Assembly (NCBI GenBank): GCA_965198005.1 | Contig: CBDAOI010000004.1 | Coordinates: 1,568,001 to 1,632,000, forward strand | Direction: 5' to 3' | Source of the DNA: Spirochaetia bacterium | GTDB taxonomy: Bacteria; Spirochaetota; Spirochaetia; SZUA-6; Bin103 | DNA: 64,000 nucleotides | Shown here: one piece after another, positions 50,718 to 60,638 of the stretch | How positions within the stretch are numbered: position 1 is the first letter of the stretch | How the letters are laid out: each line of letters starts with the position of its first letter | Translations under genes and position numbers: made by a program | The notes under the pieces: generated by a model | Seen by the model: the letters and a program-made list of their open reading frames with translations, nothing else | What the model was told of the DNA's origin: nothing | The model's database searches: none

Positions 50718-51347
50718 CGCCGCCACGTTGGGCAGCACGTGGCGCACCAGCGCTCCCATCCGGGTGCTGCCGGTGGCCGTGGCCGCCTGCAGGTAGTCGT
50801 TCTCCTTGACCGCGATTACCGCGCCTCGGACCAGCCGCGAGGCCACCACGCCGCCCGTGACGCCCAGCACCAGGATGAGCTGCAGCAGGCCCTGTCCGAC
50901 CAGCGACATGATCGTCAGCAACAGGAGCAGACCCGGAAACGCCATCCAGGCGTCGACAAACCGCTGCACCACCAGGTCCAGCTTGGCGCCGAAGAATCCG
51001 GCGGTGCCGCCGATCAGCACCGCAACCAGGACGTTGAGGCTGGTCGCGACCACGCCCACGAGCATGGAAACCCGAGCCCCGTGGATATTGCGGCTCAAGA
51101 AGTCGCGCCCCAACTGATCGGTACCCATCAGATGCTCGGCCGACGGCGGTTTCAGCAGCGCTCTCAGGTGCACTTCATCGAACGGATAGGGGGCCAGCAC
51201 GTCGGCGAAGATCGCCACCAGAATCAAGCCCAACACGACCACGCCGCCAGCGGTGCCGAGCGGCTTCTCGCGCCACAGCCGGAGCAGAAAGTGAACCAGC
51301 CCCGCTGATGGTGTCCTTGCGGCGTCCCCCATGCGCTCGGTCCCCAT
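50718..51347 (-). pseudogene. dppC: GC-rich DppC permease, 3'-truncated
   Basis: EKPLGTAGG...MGTDQLGRD...RHVLPNVAAP, then unrelated sequence. Confidence 0.9.
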
Positions 51348-51364
51348 ACCTGGCTAGGTGTAGC

Positions 51365-51885
51365 GCGGGTGACGACCGGAATGAGGGCGTTCTTGACGGC
51401 GTGCCGGATGACCACGACCCGCTCCCGCAGTCCTTTCGACCAGGCGGTTCTGATGTAGTCCTGGCGCAGCACCTCCAGCATCATGGTGCGCGTCATGCGC
51501 ATGGTGGCTGCCGACAGCGCCGTCCCCAGGATCAGGCCGGGAATGATGAACATGCCCAGGTGTCCCAGCGGGTCGTCGGAGAACGGAATGAGCTGCATCC
51601 GTGGCGTCCAACCCCACCAGATCACCGGATAGGTCATGAGTCGCCGAGGGTGCCGCGCAGGATAATGCCCTCCAACCAGCGGCCATACTGCACGTGGACC
51701 GGCACGTCCAACCCCAGCTCGTGCAGCAGCGCCTCGCGGTCCAGGCCGAACAGGGCATTGTCAGTCGCCACCATCTGGTCTATTACGTCGCCCGGGATGA
51801 AGCGGGCCGAGAGGAAAACCAGAATGCTCAATATGAAGAGCGTAGGGATGACGAGCAGCAGCCGCCGGATGACGTAGGCTCGCAT
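51365..51885 (-). pseudogene. dppB: GC-rich DppB permease with internal and 3' deletions
   Basis: MRAYVIRRLL...GTLGDS / MTYPVIWWGW...KNALIPVVT. Confidence 0.9.
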
Positions 51886-51996
51886 AGGCAGTTGAAGGCG
51901 CAGCGATTCCGTCGCAATGAGCGGGAGAGCCGAGCGGCGACGCTCACCTGCGAAGCCTCTCCGCTCTCCCTGCGGCAACCTGCGAGGGAAAAGCCC

Positions 51997-52668
51997 CTAC
52001 TGACCCATTTCTTTCATCAGATCGTGGTCGAACCAGAGGCGGGAGAACACGAGAATACGGTCATCGCCGCCCAAGGTTGCTTCACCGTTATAGCCTATGA
52101 CCCACGGCTGCACTGCGTTGAAGTTTGGAACCACGGGACCCCATATAGTGATGTGGTTCCGTATGTAGTACATATCTGCCGCTTTGACCGCCCTCTGCTG
52201 CTCCTCGACACTGGTAGCGTCTCGGACGGCTTCAAACAGCCGGTCATATTCCGGATCGTTGTAGTGTGGGGGGTTCCATGTTGCCCCCGAGAAATAGTAG
52301 CCAATCGGCTCGACCGGGGCAAGATACTGGACCGCAGCAGCCCAGGAGACCATGTCTCCGTATTGCGCTTCACGAACCATGCCCCCGTAAGCACCCGCCG
52401 GCGGAATGGACACATCCACGTCAACGCCAATTTCCATCCAGTAGCCGGCCACGAGTTCGAAGTAGTCAATGGCAAACTCGAAAGCGGTCATGGTGGCCTT
52501 CAATCGAATGCCGTCCGCGCCGCGCGGATATCCCGCCTCATCCAGGAGCTTCTCAGCTCCTTCCGGGTCATACGTATAGGCCTTCTTGACCTCTTCGGGC
52601 CACTCTCGGAATGGAGTATTGTACCCTACGAGGGCCTCCCCTATCAAACCCTGAGGCTGCCACTTGGA
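51997..52668 (-). pseudogene. C-terminal third of a family-5 SBP
   Basis: KWQPQG...YDPEGAEKLLDEAGYPRGADG...SRLWFDHDLMKEMGQ. Confidence 0.9.
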
Positions 52669-52670
52669 CA

Positions 52671-53177
52671 ATCCCCGTGTCGCTTGATAGCACCTACCAG
52701 TTGAACACGGGTGGCAACACGGATTTCCTCAATATGAAGGCCTTAGACCGCCTGAAGTCCAAGAAAGTCTCCAAGACGGAGTCCGTGCAGTCGCAATTGG
52801 ACGAACGGCTGGATTCTCGGAACATTCATATTGGACCGTCCGACTACGTGCCGTGGCAGGGCGACAACAAGGTTGCCTTCATCCGGATGGAAGGTCGCGG
52901 CTTCGGGGACGTGCCGTTGGAACTCGAACTCAGGCTGTCGGTCCAGGATTCCCCCAACAGCGCCGGCGTGGTCATCGATGCCATCCGTTGCGCCAGACTG
53001 GGGTTGGAGCGCGGCATCGGCGGACCATTGGAGGCGCCTTCCGCCTACTATATGAAAAGCCCTCCGAAACAGATGCGTGATTCGGTGGGCCATGATTTGA
53101 CCGAGGCATTTATTCAAGGTAGTGATGCCGGCGGCACTTCCAGTACGGAGGATGTTCGAACAACCGCCGGTGAATAG
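52671..53177 (+). pseudogene. ino1: myo-inositol-3-phosphate synthase, 5'-truncated
   Basis: [42 protein letters not shown]. Confidence 0.9.
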
Positions 53178-54044
53178 CCCCGACAGTCAGGCTGCCGATA
53201 ATGGTCCTGGCGGTGCGAACGCTGCGCGGACCGCCGCCTCGCCCTGGACGGAGCGGTTACTTATGCTCCACCGCCAAGTGCGGAGTGCGGTCGCGAACGC
53301 CGACCGCGCTGGAACCGGATCCAGGAACGCGAAGGGCGACGATGTCAAACGCTTCGACCTGGTTGCCGACGACGCGGCTTTAGCTGTCCTCCGGGAACTC
53401 CAGTTGCCGGTCGTCATTGTTTCCGAGGAGGCGAGCCTCTTGAAATCGGTTCCGGCACGCCGCGACCTCGTCTCGTCCTCGATCCAGTGGATGGGTCCGA
53501 CAACTGGGCGCAGGGGTTGCCGCTGTCAGCCTTGTCCTGCGCCGTGCTGCCGGCTGACGCCCCCCTCCACCCCGATTGGGTCGAAGCGGCTCTGGTTGGG
53601 CCGCTCGAGCCGGGCACGCCCCTGATCGCCGTTAAGGGCTCTGGTGCTTGGCGCGGGAAGCAACGCCTCCATACTTTCGGCGTCCGCAACGTCGCCGAGG
53701 CCACGATCTCGGTCGAACTCAATCATCATTCTCCGTCGCCGGGCCTTGCCCGCCTGATGACCGCTGCCAGAGGCGTGCGGTGTTACGGCTGCGCGTCACG
53801 CGCCATCTCCCTGGTCGCCGAGGGCGCGACAGACGCCCATGTGGACGCGCGTGGCCGTCTGACCGCGGAAAGCTACCTCGCCGCCGCTCGGTTGGTGATC
53901 GAGGCGGGGGGCTGGGTTGTCGGCCTCAACGGCGCGCCCTTGGCGGCGCCGGAAAGCTTGACCGACCGCGTCAGCCTGGTCGCCGCGTCGAGCCGGACGC
54001 TGTGCGATGAAATCGTGGAAGTTTTGGGCGATGAACAACACTGA
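53170..54044 (+). pseudogene. Inositol monophosphatase family, frameshifted near 53450
   Basis: NAKGDDVKRFDLVAD...IVSEE in one frame; LDPVDGSDN...AARLVIEAGG in another. Confidence 0.8.
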
Positions 54045-55083
54045 CTTGACTACGGCGGCACCGGATATGGCGCTGATCCTGGCTGCCGGATTGGGGTCGC
54101 GGCTTCGACCGCAAACCAAGACACCGAAACCCCTGGCCAGGGTGCTTGGATTGACTCTCGCGGAACGGGTCGTGTGCACAATGTTGGCCGCCGGCATCCG
54201 CCGGTTTCTTGTCATCCTTGGTCATGAGGCCGAAACGGTCAGAGCCCATTTTTCCGATATCGCCCAACGTCGCGGCGTCACGATTGACTTCATCGAAGGC
54301 GAGGCCTGGGAGCGCGGCAATGGCGCCAGTGCCCTGGCGGCCAAGGGTCGCACCGGCGAGGCGCCCTTCTTCCTGGTCATGATCGATCATCTTTTTGATC
54401 CCCGGATCGCGCGTGCACTGGACGACGACCCTCCCGCACCAGGAGAAATGTGCCTCGCGGTGGACCGCGATAAGGATGGCATCTTCGATCTCGACGATGT
54501 CACTCGGGTCAAGATCGACGACGGACGCATTCAAGAGATCGAGAAGACGCTCGATGATTGGGATGCCGGCGACACCGGAGTCATGCTTTGTACGTCCGGC
54601 CTGTTCGAAGGGCTTGAGCGCGCGGCGGCGCGGAACGAGCATGGACTCTCCGACGGGCTCAGGGAACTGGCGCGTGAAGGCCGCGCGAGCACCGTCGATG
54701 TGACGGGAATGCCGTGGCTCGACGTGGATACACCCGAAGCCTTGCGTGAGGCCCAGCGAAGGCTCATGCGCGACCAAGCCGGTAAAACCTGGGACGGACC
54801 GGTGGCGCGCCATTTCAACCGACGGGTTTCCCGCTGGCTCAGCCGCTACCTGGTTGGCACAGCCGTGACGCCCAACCAAATTTCCCTAGCCTCCTGGTTG
54901 CTGTCGTGTATCGCGGCGGGATTGATGGCATTGGGCGGCTATCCGGCCCTGGCCGCCGGTGGCGTGCTCGCACAGCTGGCCTCGGTCGTCGACGGGTGCG
55001 ATGGCGAGATCGCTCGTCTGAAGCACTCGCAGAGCGAGTTTGGCGGCTGGTTCGACGCGGTCCTCGACCGGTATGCCGACGCC
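54031..55083 (+). pseudogene. Bifunctional inositol-phosphate cytidylyltransferase / CDP-alcohol phosphotransferase (IPCT/DIPPS-like), 3'-truncated
   Basis: ILAAGLGSRL..PKPL, WLDVDT, TPNQIS, DGCDGEIAR...GGWFDAVLDRYAD, then unrelated sequence. Confidence 0.85.
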
Positions 55084-55486
55084 CCGCCTGCGTTCCTTAG
55101 CAATGCAGGAGCTACGCTCCTGCGTGACACGGGCGCACGTTGGGCGCGGCCCCCTAAAAAGCGGCCATTCGTCAGGAGATCGGTGGTGGGTTGGCGCCTG
55201 CCAGGATCGCCTCCATCCGCAAGCGGACGCGGCTCAGGGTCGGCTCAGGATGGGTGAGCAGGGTAGAACCGTTCCTCACGGCTGCCATCGACCGCGAGAC
55301 TGGCCACCGCCCCGGGGGAGATACCCTCGACCTGCTGCCGGTCGTAGCGGTGGTGATCCGCGTAACCGCGTATTTACTCGCGGCGTAGGTGGGCGCGCCG
55401 TGGGCAGAAGACGTCCCCGCTACAGTGTGGACAGTGTGGCGACCCGGCTTGACCACTCTGCCCCAGTCTAGTACCAAGGAGTCAAT

Positions 55487-56767
55487 ATGCCAAGAATTAC
55501 AGGACCATCAGAGGGCCCCGTTGCCGTAACTGGCGCTGCCGGCTACATCGGCTCGCACGTCGTGCTCAAGCTCGTCCAGGCCGGCTATGATGTGCGTGCC
55601 TGCGTGCGCAACGCCCTCGACCACGAGAAGGTCGCGCACCTCAATCAGATGAACCACATCGAGGGCTGCGACGGCTCGGTCACCCTCTACGAGGCCGACA
55701 TGACCGTGCAGGGCGCGTACGACGAGCCCTTCAGCGACGCTACCTGCGTCTTCCACGTCGCCGCCGAGATGGGCAACCTGCCGGACTCCACGCCGATGAA
55801 GGTGTACGAAGGGGGCCGCCTGGCCATCGTGCCCGTGATGAACAGCGTCAAGCAGAGCGGCAGCGTGAGGAGGTTCATCTTCACGAGCTCGTTCGCGGCC
55901 GTTGGTCATCGTGGCAGCACACGGCCGTTCACCGAGGACTCATGGGCGTACTTCACCTCGAGCGACGACCACACCCCGCACGAGAACTGGACCATGGATG
56001 TGGTGCGCGTGAACCGGGACGTCGCGTATTCGATGACGAAGGTCGACACGGAGAAGTACTGCTACGAGGAAGGTGAGAAGTCCGGCGGTCAGTTCGATTG
56101 TTTTGGGATCATGCCGTGGACCGTCGTCGGGCCGGTGCTCTGCGCCAGGCACAACATTCAGTTCGGGTGGCAGTCGATGGTCGGCGACCTCATGAACGGC
56201 TTCAGCCACAGAGACATGAACTACAATATCATCGATGTGCGTGACGTGGCGGAGGCGCAGCTCCGCATCGCCGAGAGCGACGCGGTCAGCAATGGCGACC
56301 GCTACAACCTCGTGTGCCATGGCGATGACGGTTTCATCACACTGGCGGAGGTCAAGCAGGTCCTGCAGGCGCATTTTCCGGGGAAGGGCATCGGCACTGG
56401 ACTCCAGCAAAAGAAGAGTGGCGAGTGGGTGGAGTCCACGAACACCGGTGGCACGCCACCCGCAGTCCTCGAGAAGTGCATCACTCAGCTCGGGATGACT
56501 CCCATCCCGCCGGCGCAGTCACTCATCGACAATGCGGAGAGCCTCGTCTCGATGGGCTTGGTCAACCTGCGTGAGGGCGAGGACAATTTCCAAAAGGACA
56601 TCATCTCACCACCCGGCGGCAAGGGGAAGACTTCGGGCGGCCTGGGCATCGAGTCCACCTGGCTTGGTGAGGGATATCCGGCGGGTCTCAACGCGCCGGA
56701 GTTTGAGGAGGGGGCCGGCGAGAGGGAACTCAGCGCAGCGGCGAAGCAGATGGGCGCGAAGCTGTAA
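55487..56767 (+). CDS. NAD-dependent epimerase/dehydratase (extended SDR, DFR-like)
   Basis: VTGAAGYIG, FHVAA, FTSS, YSMTK, IDVRDVA; AAGGAG Shine-Dalgarno. Confidence 0.9.
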   Translation: MPRITGPSEGPVAVTGAAGYIGSHVVLKLVQAGYDVRACVRNALDHEKVAHLNQMNHIEGCDGSVTLYEADMTVQGAYDEPFSDATCVFHVAAEMGNLPDSTPMKVYEGGRLAIVPVMNSVKQSGSVRRFIFTSSFAAVGHRGSTRPFTEDSWAYFTSSDDHTPHENWTMDVVRVNRDVAYSMTKVDTEKYCYEEGEKSGGQFDCFGIMPWTVVGPVLCARHNIQFGWQSMVGDLMNGFSHRDMNYNIIDVRDVAEAQLRIAESDAVSNGDRYNLVCHGDDGFITLAEVKQVLQAHFPGKGIGTGLQQKKSGEWVESTNTGGTPPAVLEKCITQLGMTPIPPAQSLIDNAESLVSMGLVNLREGEDNFQKDIISPPGGKGKTSGGLGIESTWLGEGYPAGLNAPEFEEGAGERELSAAAKQMGAKL

Positions 56768-56876
56768 CAGAAACGTGCCCAGGCCCACGCGAGCAGTGGC
56801 CGGTTGGCGGTGACGCGCGCAAGCTCAACGCATTGCAGGGCCGGGCGTGGCAAGGTGCACGAGGCCAAAATCGCTA

Positions 56877-56905
56877 TTGACGTTTCTTGCGCCGCGCCCT
56901 ATACT
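56877..56905 (+). promoter_or_regulatory. sigma70-like promoter of operon 5
   Basis: TTGACG-17-TATACT followed by the repeat-unit sequence gacggatgccgatgaagcgccatga. Confidence 0.8.
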
Positions 56906-56995
56906 ACCGGTTCACGACTCGACGGATGCCGATGAAGCGCCATGATGACATTCAGAGTAGTGGCCGGTTGGCGGTGACGCAGCAACCGGTTTACT

Positions 56996-57007
56996 CCCCC
57001 CCCCCCC
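56996..57007 (+). repeat. C12 tract at the position homologous to the type-A leader tracts
   Basis: Directly follows the promoter repeat unit. Confidence 0.85.
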
Positions 57008-57199
57008 GCTAGCCGCCCAGCCAACCGCGCGGCAGCCGAGTGCGCGGCCCCGGTGCTGACTGCGGCACCATCGATCGGTGTGGCGCACACCCGCCACGCC
57101 TCCCTGTCCGGAACGGCAGACCACGTCGGCCGCAGCCTCCACCAGTGCACTGAGCCAGCGTTGCCGGCAACCCCAGCTCGAGCACCCAGCTACAGCTCA

Positions 57200-57520
57200 C
57201 CTTCCGTGACTGCGTTCCCGTGTGGGGTGACCATAGCCGCGCCGCCTGCGGCAGCTCCCGTCCTTGTTCGCGGGCTTTCTCCGTTCATCGTCGGCGCACG
57301 TCCTTGGATTCCCGACACGGCCCGCGGCGCCATCCGCCACCGGCGAAGCTGGGATCTCCCGGCTCCCGCGCAGGGTGCCGTGACGCCTCGCAATATCGGC
57401 GTCCCGGGTGTGGCCGCCCTCGCGAGCGGCGGCGCATGACTCGGGGCCGCCGTGGGTCGCTAACCCTTCGACGTATGACCCTTTCATTCACAACAACCCT
57501 GCCGGTTTTTGCCGGCGCAC
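57200..57520 (-). mobile_element. Group II intron 5' (domain I) remnant with no RT
   Basis: Starts GTGCG exactly where leader homology resumes; contains gaagggttagcgacccacggcggccccgagtcatgcg and gggagatccc...ggccgtgtcgggaatccaaggacg...gatgaacg...gaacaa. Confidence 0.7.
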
Positions 57521-57532
57521 AGGAGGTGCAAA

Positions 57533-57568
57533 ATGATACTCAAAGAACCGCACGCGCGCGCAGCGTGA
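57533..57568 (+). CDS. Leader uORF MILKEPHARAA
   Basis: AGGAGGTG Shine-Dalgarno; conserved. Confidence 0.6.
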   Translation: MILKEPHARAA

Positions 57569-57703
57569 ACCCGCCGAGTCCCACGCCGCGCGCTCTTAGT
57601 GGATTTGACTCGGACTGGCCGCCTGCGTTGCGGGCTGCGAGAGTAGCCAGGGAGCGGCAATCCGCTTCGCAATACTCTTAAAGATCAAGATACGGAGTTA
57701 CGT

Positions 57704-59527
57704 ATGCTAATTGTACACACGAGGACCTTCGCGGTTGCGTTGGTCCTGGTTCTGACCGCAACCGGCCTCTGGGCCGCGGGCGCAGACGAGGAGCCGGCAG
57801 CCGCCGCCGAGAAGGAGATGGTGCTCGATCCGACCACCGGCGAGATGGTGGAGGCGCCGCAGTATGGCGGGACACTAACCTATGGCCTGGTCAGTTGGGC
57901 CGCGAACGTTGATGACTGGTATGGCTACGCGAAGGATAACACCGGTTTGGTTAATGAGCAGCTCGCCATCTGGGACTGGGGAATAGATAGGGACGTCTGG
58001 GACTGGCGGATCTTCGCAGAGACACCTGTATGGGCCATAAACGGGGCACTGGCGGAAAGCTGGGAAACGCCCGACGATACCACCATTATCTTCAACATCC
58101 GCAGGGGCGTTCACTGGCACAACAAGGCGCCGATGAACGGTCGGGAGCTCACTGCCGAGGATGTAGAATACAACTTTCACCGCTATTTTGGGAATAGGTT
58201 GGCAGGGACCGAGTTCAGTGAAGCCGAACCTACCCCAGCGGCACGTAACCTCGTAGCTTTGCCAGTCGAATCGGTAACGGCCACCGACAAGTATACGATG
58301 GTCGTCAAGCTGGAGAAGCCAGACCTCAGCGCCGTGAAACACTTTATCGGCTACGGCTACGGTGGATCGGGTACGGTAATGCCTCCGGAGGTCATCGAGC
58401 AACACGGCGACTATCAGGATTGGCGGAACACGGTCGGCACCGGACCCTATGAGCTGACGGAGGTGGTCGAAGGCAGCTCCAGGACCTGGACCAAGTATCC
58501 TGACTACTGGGGCTTCGACGAAAAATACCCGGACAACCGCCTGCCCTATGCTGACGAGATACGGGCCTTGCGGATGGCGGAGTCAGCAACCCGTCTGGCG
58601 GCTCTGCGCACGGGTAAGATTGATATCCTGGGTCCCGGCGCCAGTACATTGAGGTCGATCGACACGGTAGAGAGCCTCGAGCGGACCGACCCGGAAATCG
58701 AGCTGTGGCCGTTCAAGTTTCGGTCCGACAACCAATTCTATATCGTCCGTATGGACATACCGCCCTTGAATGATATCCGGGTGCGCCAGGCACTGCAGAT
58801 GGCACTGGACCTGGAGACCGTTGTAGCTACCTACTTCAAGGGTCGTGGCGATGCGACTCCGCAGGGACATTTCGCCAATGATGTGCCGGGGATTGGCACG
58901 CCATTTGAGGAGTGGCCCGAAGAGGTCAAGAAAACCTATCGGTATGACCCGGAAGGGGCCGAAGCGTTGCTTGATGCGGCCGGGTATCCGCGCGGCGCCG
59001 ACGGCATCAGGTTCAAGATGGGCATGGCCTACTTTGAACGATACGATGTGAGCTATGCGGAACTGGTCGCCGGATACTGGCGCGAGATTGGCGTGGACAC
59101 GGAGACTGATGTTTTAGCTGGTGGGTCAGCCGAAATAACAATGGTCTATAATGATCCAGATCAGGATACGTACATAATTAGATGGGGGGAAGGGGCCTTC
59201 AGGTATGGTATCCCGGATCGTCTGACATCACAATTTTATAAAGGCAACCTCAGCACCGGCCACTTGAACGACCCCGAATATGACGCCATGGCTGACGCCG
59301 TCATGGCCGCTACCACCCTCGAGGAGATGAATAGGCTGGTAAAAGAAATAAATATGTACATCACGGAACAGCATTTTAAGATATGGGGTCCTGAAACCCC
59401 ACAGTACCAGGCAACGCAGCCGTGGGTCAAAGGTTTTAACGGAGAACTCGGATCTTTTTCCGACGGGTTGAAACACTTAGCCCGCATCTGGATTGACCAG
59501 GAGATGAAGGAAGCAATGGGTTTTTAG
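57704..59527 (+). CDS. Family-5 ABC substrate-binding protein, operon 5
   Basis: Signal peptide, APQYGGTLT, LAESWE, GTGPY, YDPEGA. Confidence 0.95.
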   Translation: MLIVHTRTFAVALVLVLTATGLWAAGADEEPAAAAEKEMVLDPTTGEMVEAPQYGGTLTYGLVSWAANVDDWYGYAKDNTGLVNEQLAIWDWGIDRDVWDWRIFAETPVWAINGALAESWETPDDTTIIFNIRRGVHWHNKAPMNGRELTAEDVEYNFHRYFGNRLAGTEFSEAEPTPAARNLVALPVESVTATDKYTMVVKLEKPDLSAVKHFIGYGYGGSGTVMPPEVIEQHGDYQDWRNTVGTGPYELTEVVEGSSRTWTKYPDYWGFDEKYPDNRLPYADEIRALRMAESATRLAALRTGKIDILGPGASTLRSIDTVESLERTDPEIELWPFKFRSDNQFYIVRMDIPPLNDIRVRQALQMALDLETVVATYFKGRGDATPQGHFANDVPGIGTPFEEWPEEVKKTYRYDPEGAEALLDAAGYPRGADGIRFKMGMAYFERYDVSYAELVAGYWREIGVDTETDVLAGGSAEITMVYNDPDQDTYIIRWGEGAFRYGIPDRLTSQFYKGNLSTGHLNDPEYDAMADAVMAATTLEEMNRLVKEINMYITEQHFKIWGPETPQYQATQPWVKGFNGELGSFSDGLKHLARIWIDQEMKEAMGF

Positions 59528-59538
59528 GGCAAAAAAGG

Positions 59539-59582
59539 GGGAGCTGGGAGGCGGTCGCCTGCAGGCGCGCCTCCCAGCTCCC
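59539..59582. other. Post-SBP hairpin
   Basis: gggagctgggaggcg...cgcctcccagctccc preceded by an A-run. Confidence 0.8.
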
Positions 59583-59615
59583 ACAAACGCCGTGTAGAAT
59601 GGCGAGACCTGTCAC

Positions 59616-60629
59616 ATGAGAGCCTATATCATCAGGCGGTTATTGCTTATAATCCCGACCTTGTGGATATTGACCACTCTGGTCTTTCTCTTGGTCCGCT
59701 TCCTCCCGGGCAACGTAGTAGACATGATGGCGCTGAGGATGGAAATCTCAGGGTTCGGGGGAGCGGACACGATTGACCGTGAAGCTATGGAACGTATGCT
59801 GGGACTGGACGTGCCTGCCCACGTGCAGTATGGACGCTGGATGGGAGTGTTGCCGACCCCTGACTGGATTACCGGTGAGTCCCACTTTAGAGGTCTCCTC
59901 CAGGGCACCCTTGGAGAATCACTGATCACCTCGCATTTGACGGTAGAAAAGGAGATATTCGGTAGATTGCCGGTAACCATTCAGCTCGGCATCATGGCGA
60001 TCGTCATCGGGCTCGTGCTAGCGCTGCCCGTCGGCATTTACTCGGCGATTCGCCAGGATACGGCCGCCGACTACCTGGGGCGCACCGCGGCCGTCATCGG
60101 CCTGGCTACGCCGAACTTCTGGCTGGCCCTGATGGTCATGATCTTCCCAGTAATATGGTGGGGCTGGGCGCCCCCTCTGGAATACATTCCTTTCATCGAA
60201 GACCCACTGGGAAGTCTCGCGGGGTTATTCGTTCCCGGCCTGATTCTGGGGACTGCCTCGGCTGCAGCCACCATGCGGATGACCCGCACCATGATGCTGG
60301 AGGTGCTCAGGCAAGACTATATCAGGACCGCCTGGTCCAAGGGTCTCAAGGAGAGGGTCGTTATTATGAGGCACGCTATCAAGAATGCCCTCATACCCGT
60401 GGTTACCCTGATAGGTCTGCAGTTGCCTATCCTGATAGGTGGCTCCGTCATCATAGAGACCATCTTCAACCTGCCCGGGATAGGTCGCCTCGTGGTGTTC
60501 GCCCTCACTGAGAGAGACTACCCGGTGGTCTCCGGAGTAAATCTGTTTTTCGCGACCGGGGTCTTAGGAGTCAATCTAATGATCGATCTGATCTATTTCT
60601 ATTTGGACCCCAGGGTCCGCTACAGTTAG
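59616..60629 (+). CDS. dppB: DppB-type ABC permease, operon 5
   Basis: MRAYIIRRLL, QDYIRTAWSKGL, RDYP. Confidence 0.95.
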   Translation: MRAYIIRRLLLIIPTLWILTTLVFLLVRFLPGNVVDMMALRMEISGFGGADTIDREAMERMLGLDVPAHVQYGRWMGVLPTPDWITGESHFRGLLQGTLGESLITSHLTVEKEIFGRLPVTIQLGIMAIVIGLVLALPVGIYSAIRQDTAADYLGRTAAVIGLATPNFWLALMVMIFPVIWWGWAPPLEYIPFIEDPLGSLAGLFVPGLILGTASAAATMRMTRTMMLEVLRQDYIRTAWSKGLKERVVIMRHAIKNALIPVVTLIGLQLPILIGGSVIIETIFNLPGIGRLVVFALTERDYPVVSGVNLFFATGVLGVNLMIDLIYFYLDPRVRYS

Positions 60630-60638
60630 AGAGGGCTT

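Noticed and set aside
50232-51347. 371-aa DppC-HigB fusion protein
   Set aside because: Chance in-frame read-through from a truncated dppC into a normal higB that has its own GTG start.
57197-57487. 96-aa ORF MKGSYVEGLATHGGPESC
   Set aside because: Better explained as a spurious translation of group II intron RNA sequence.
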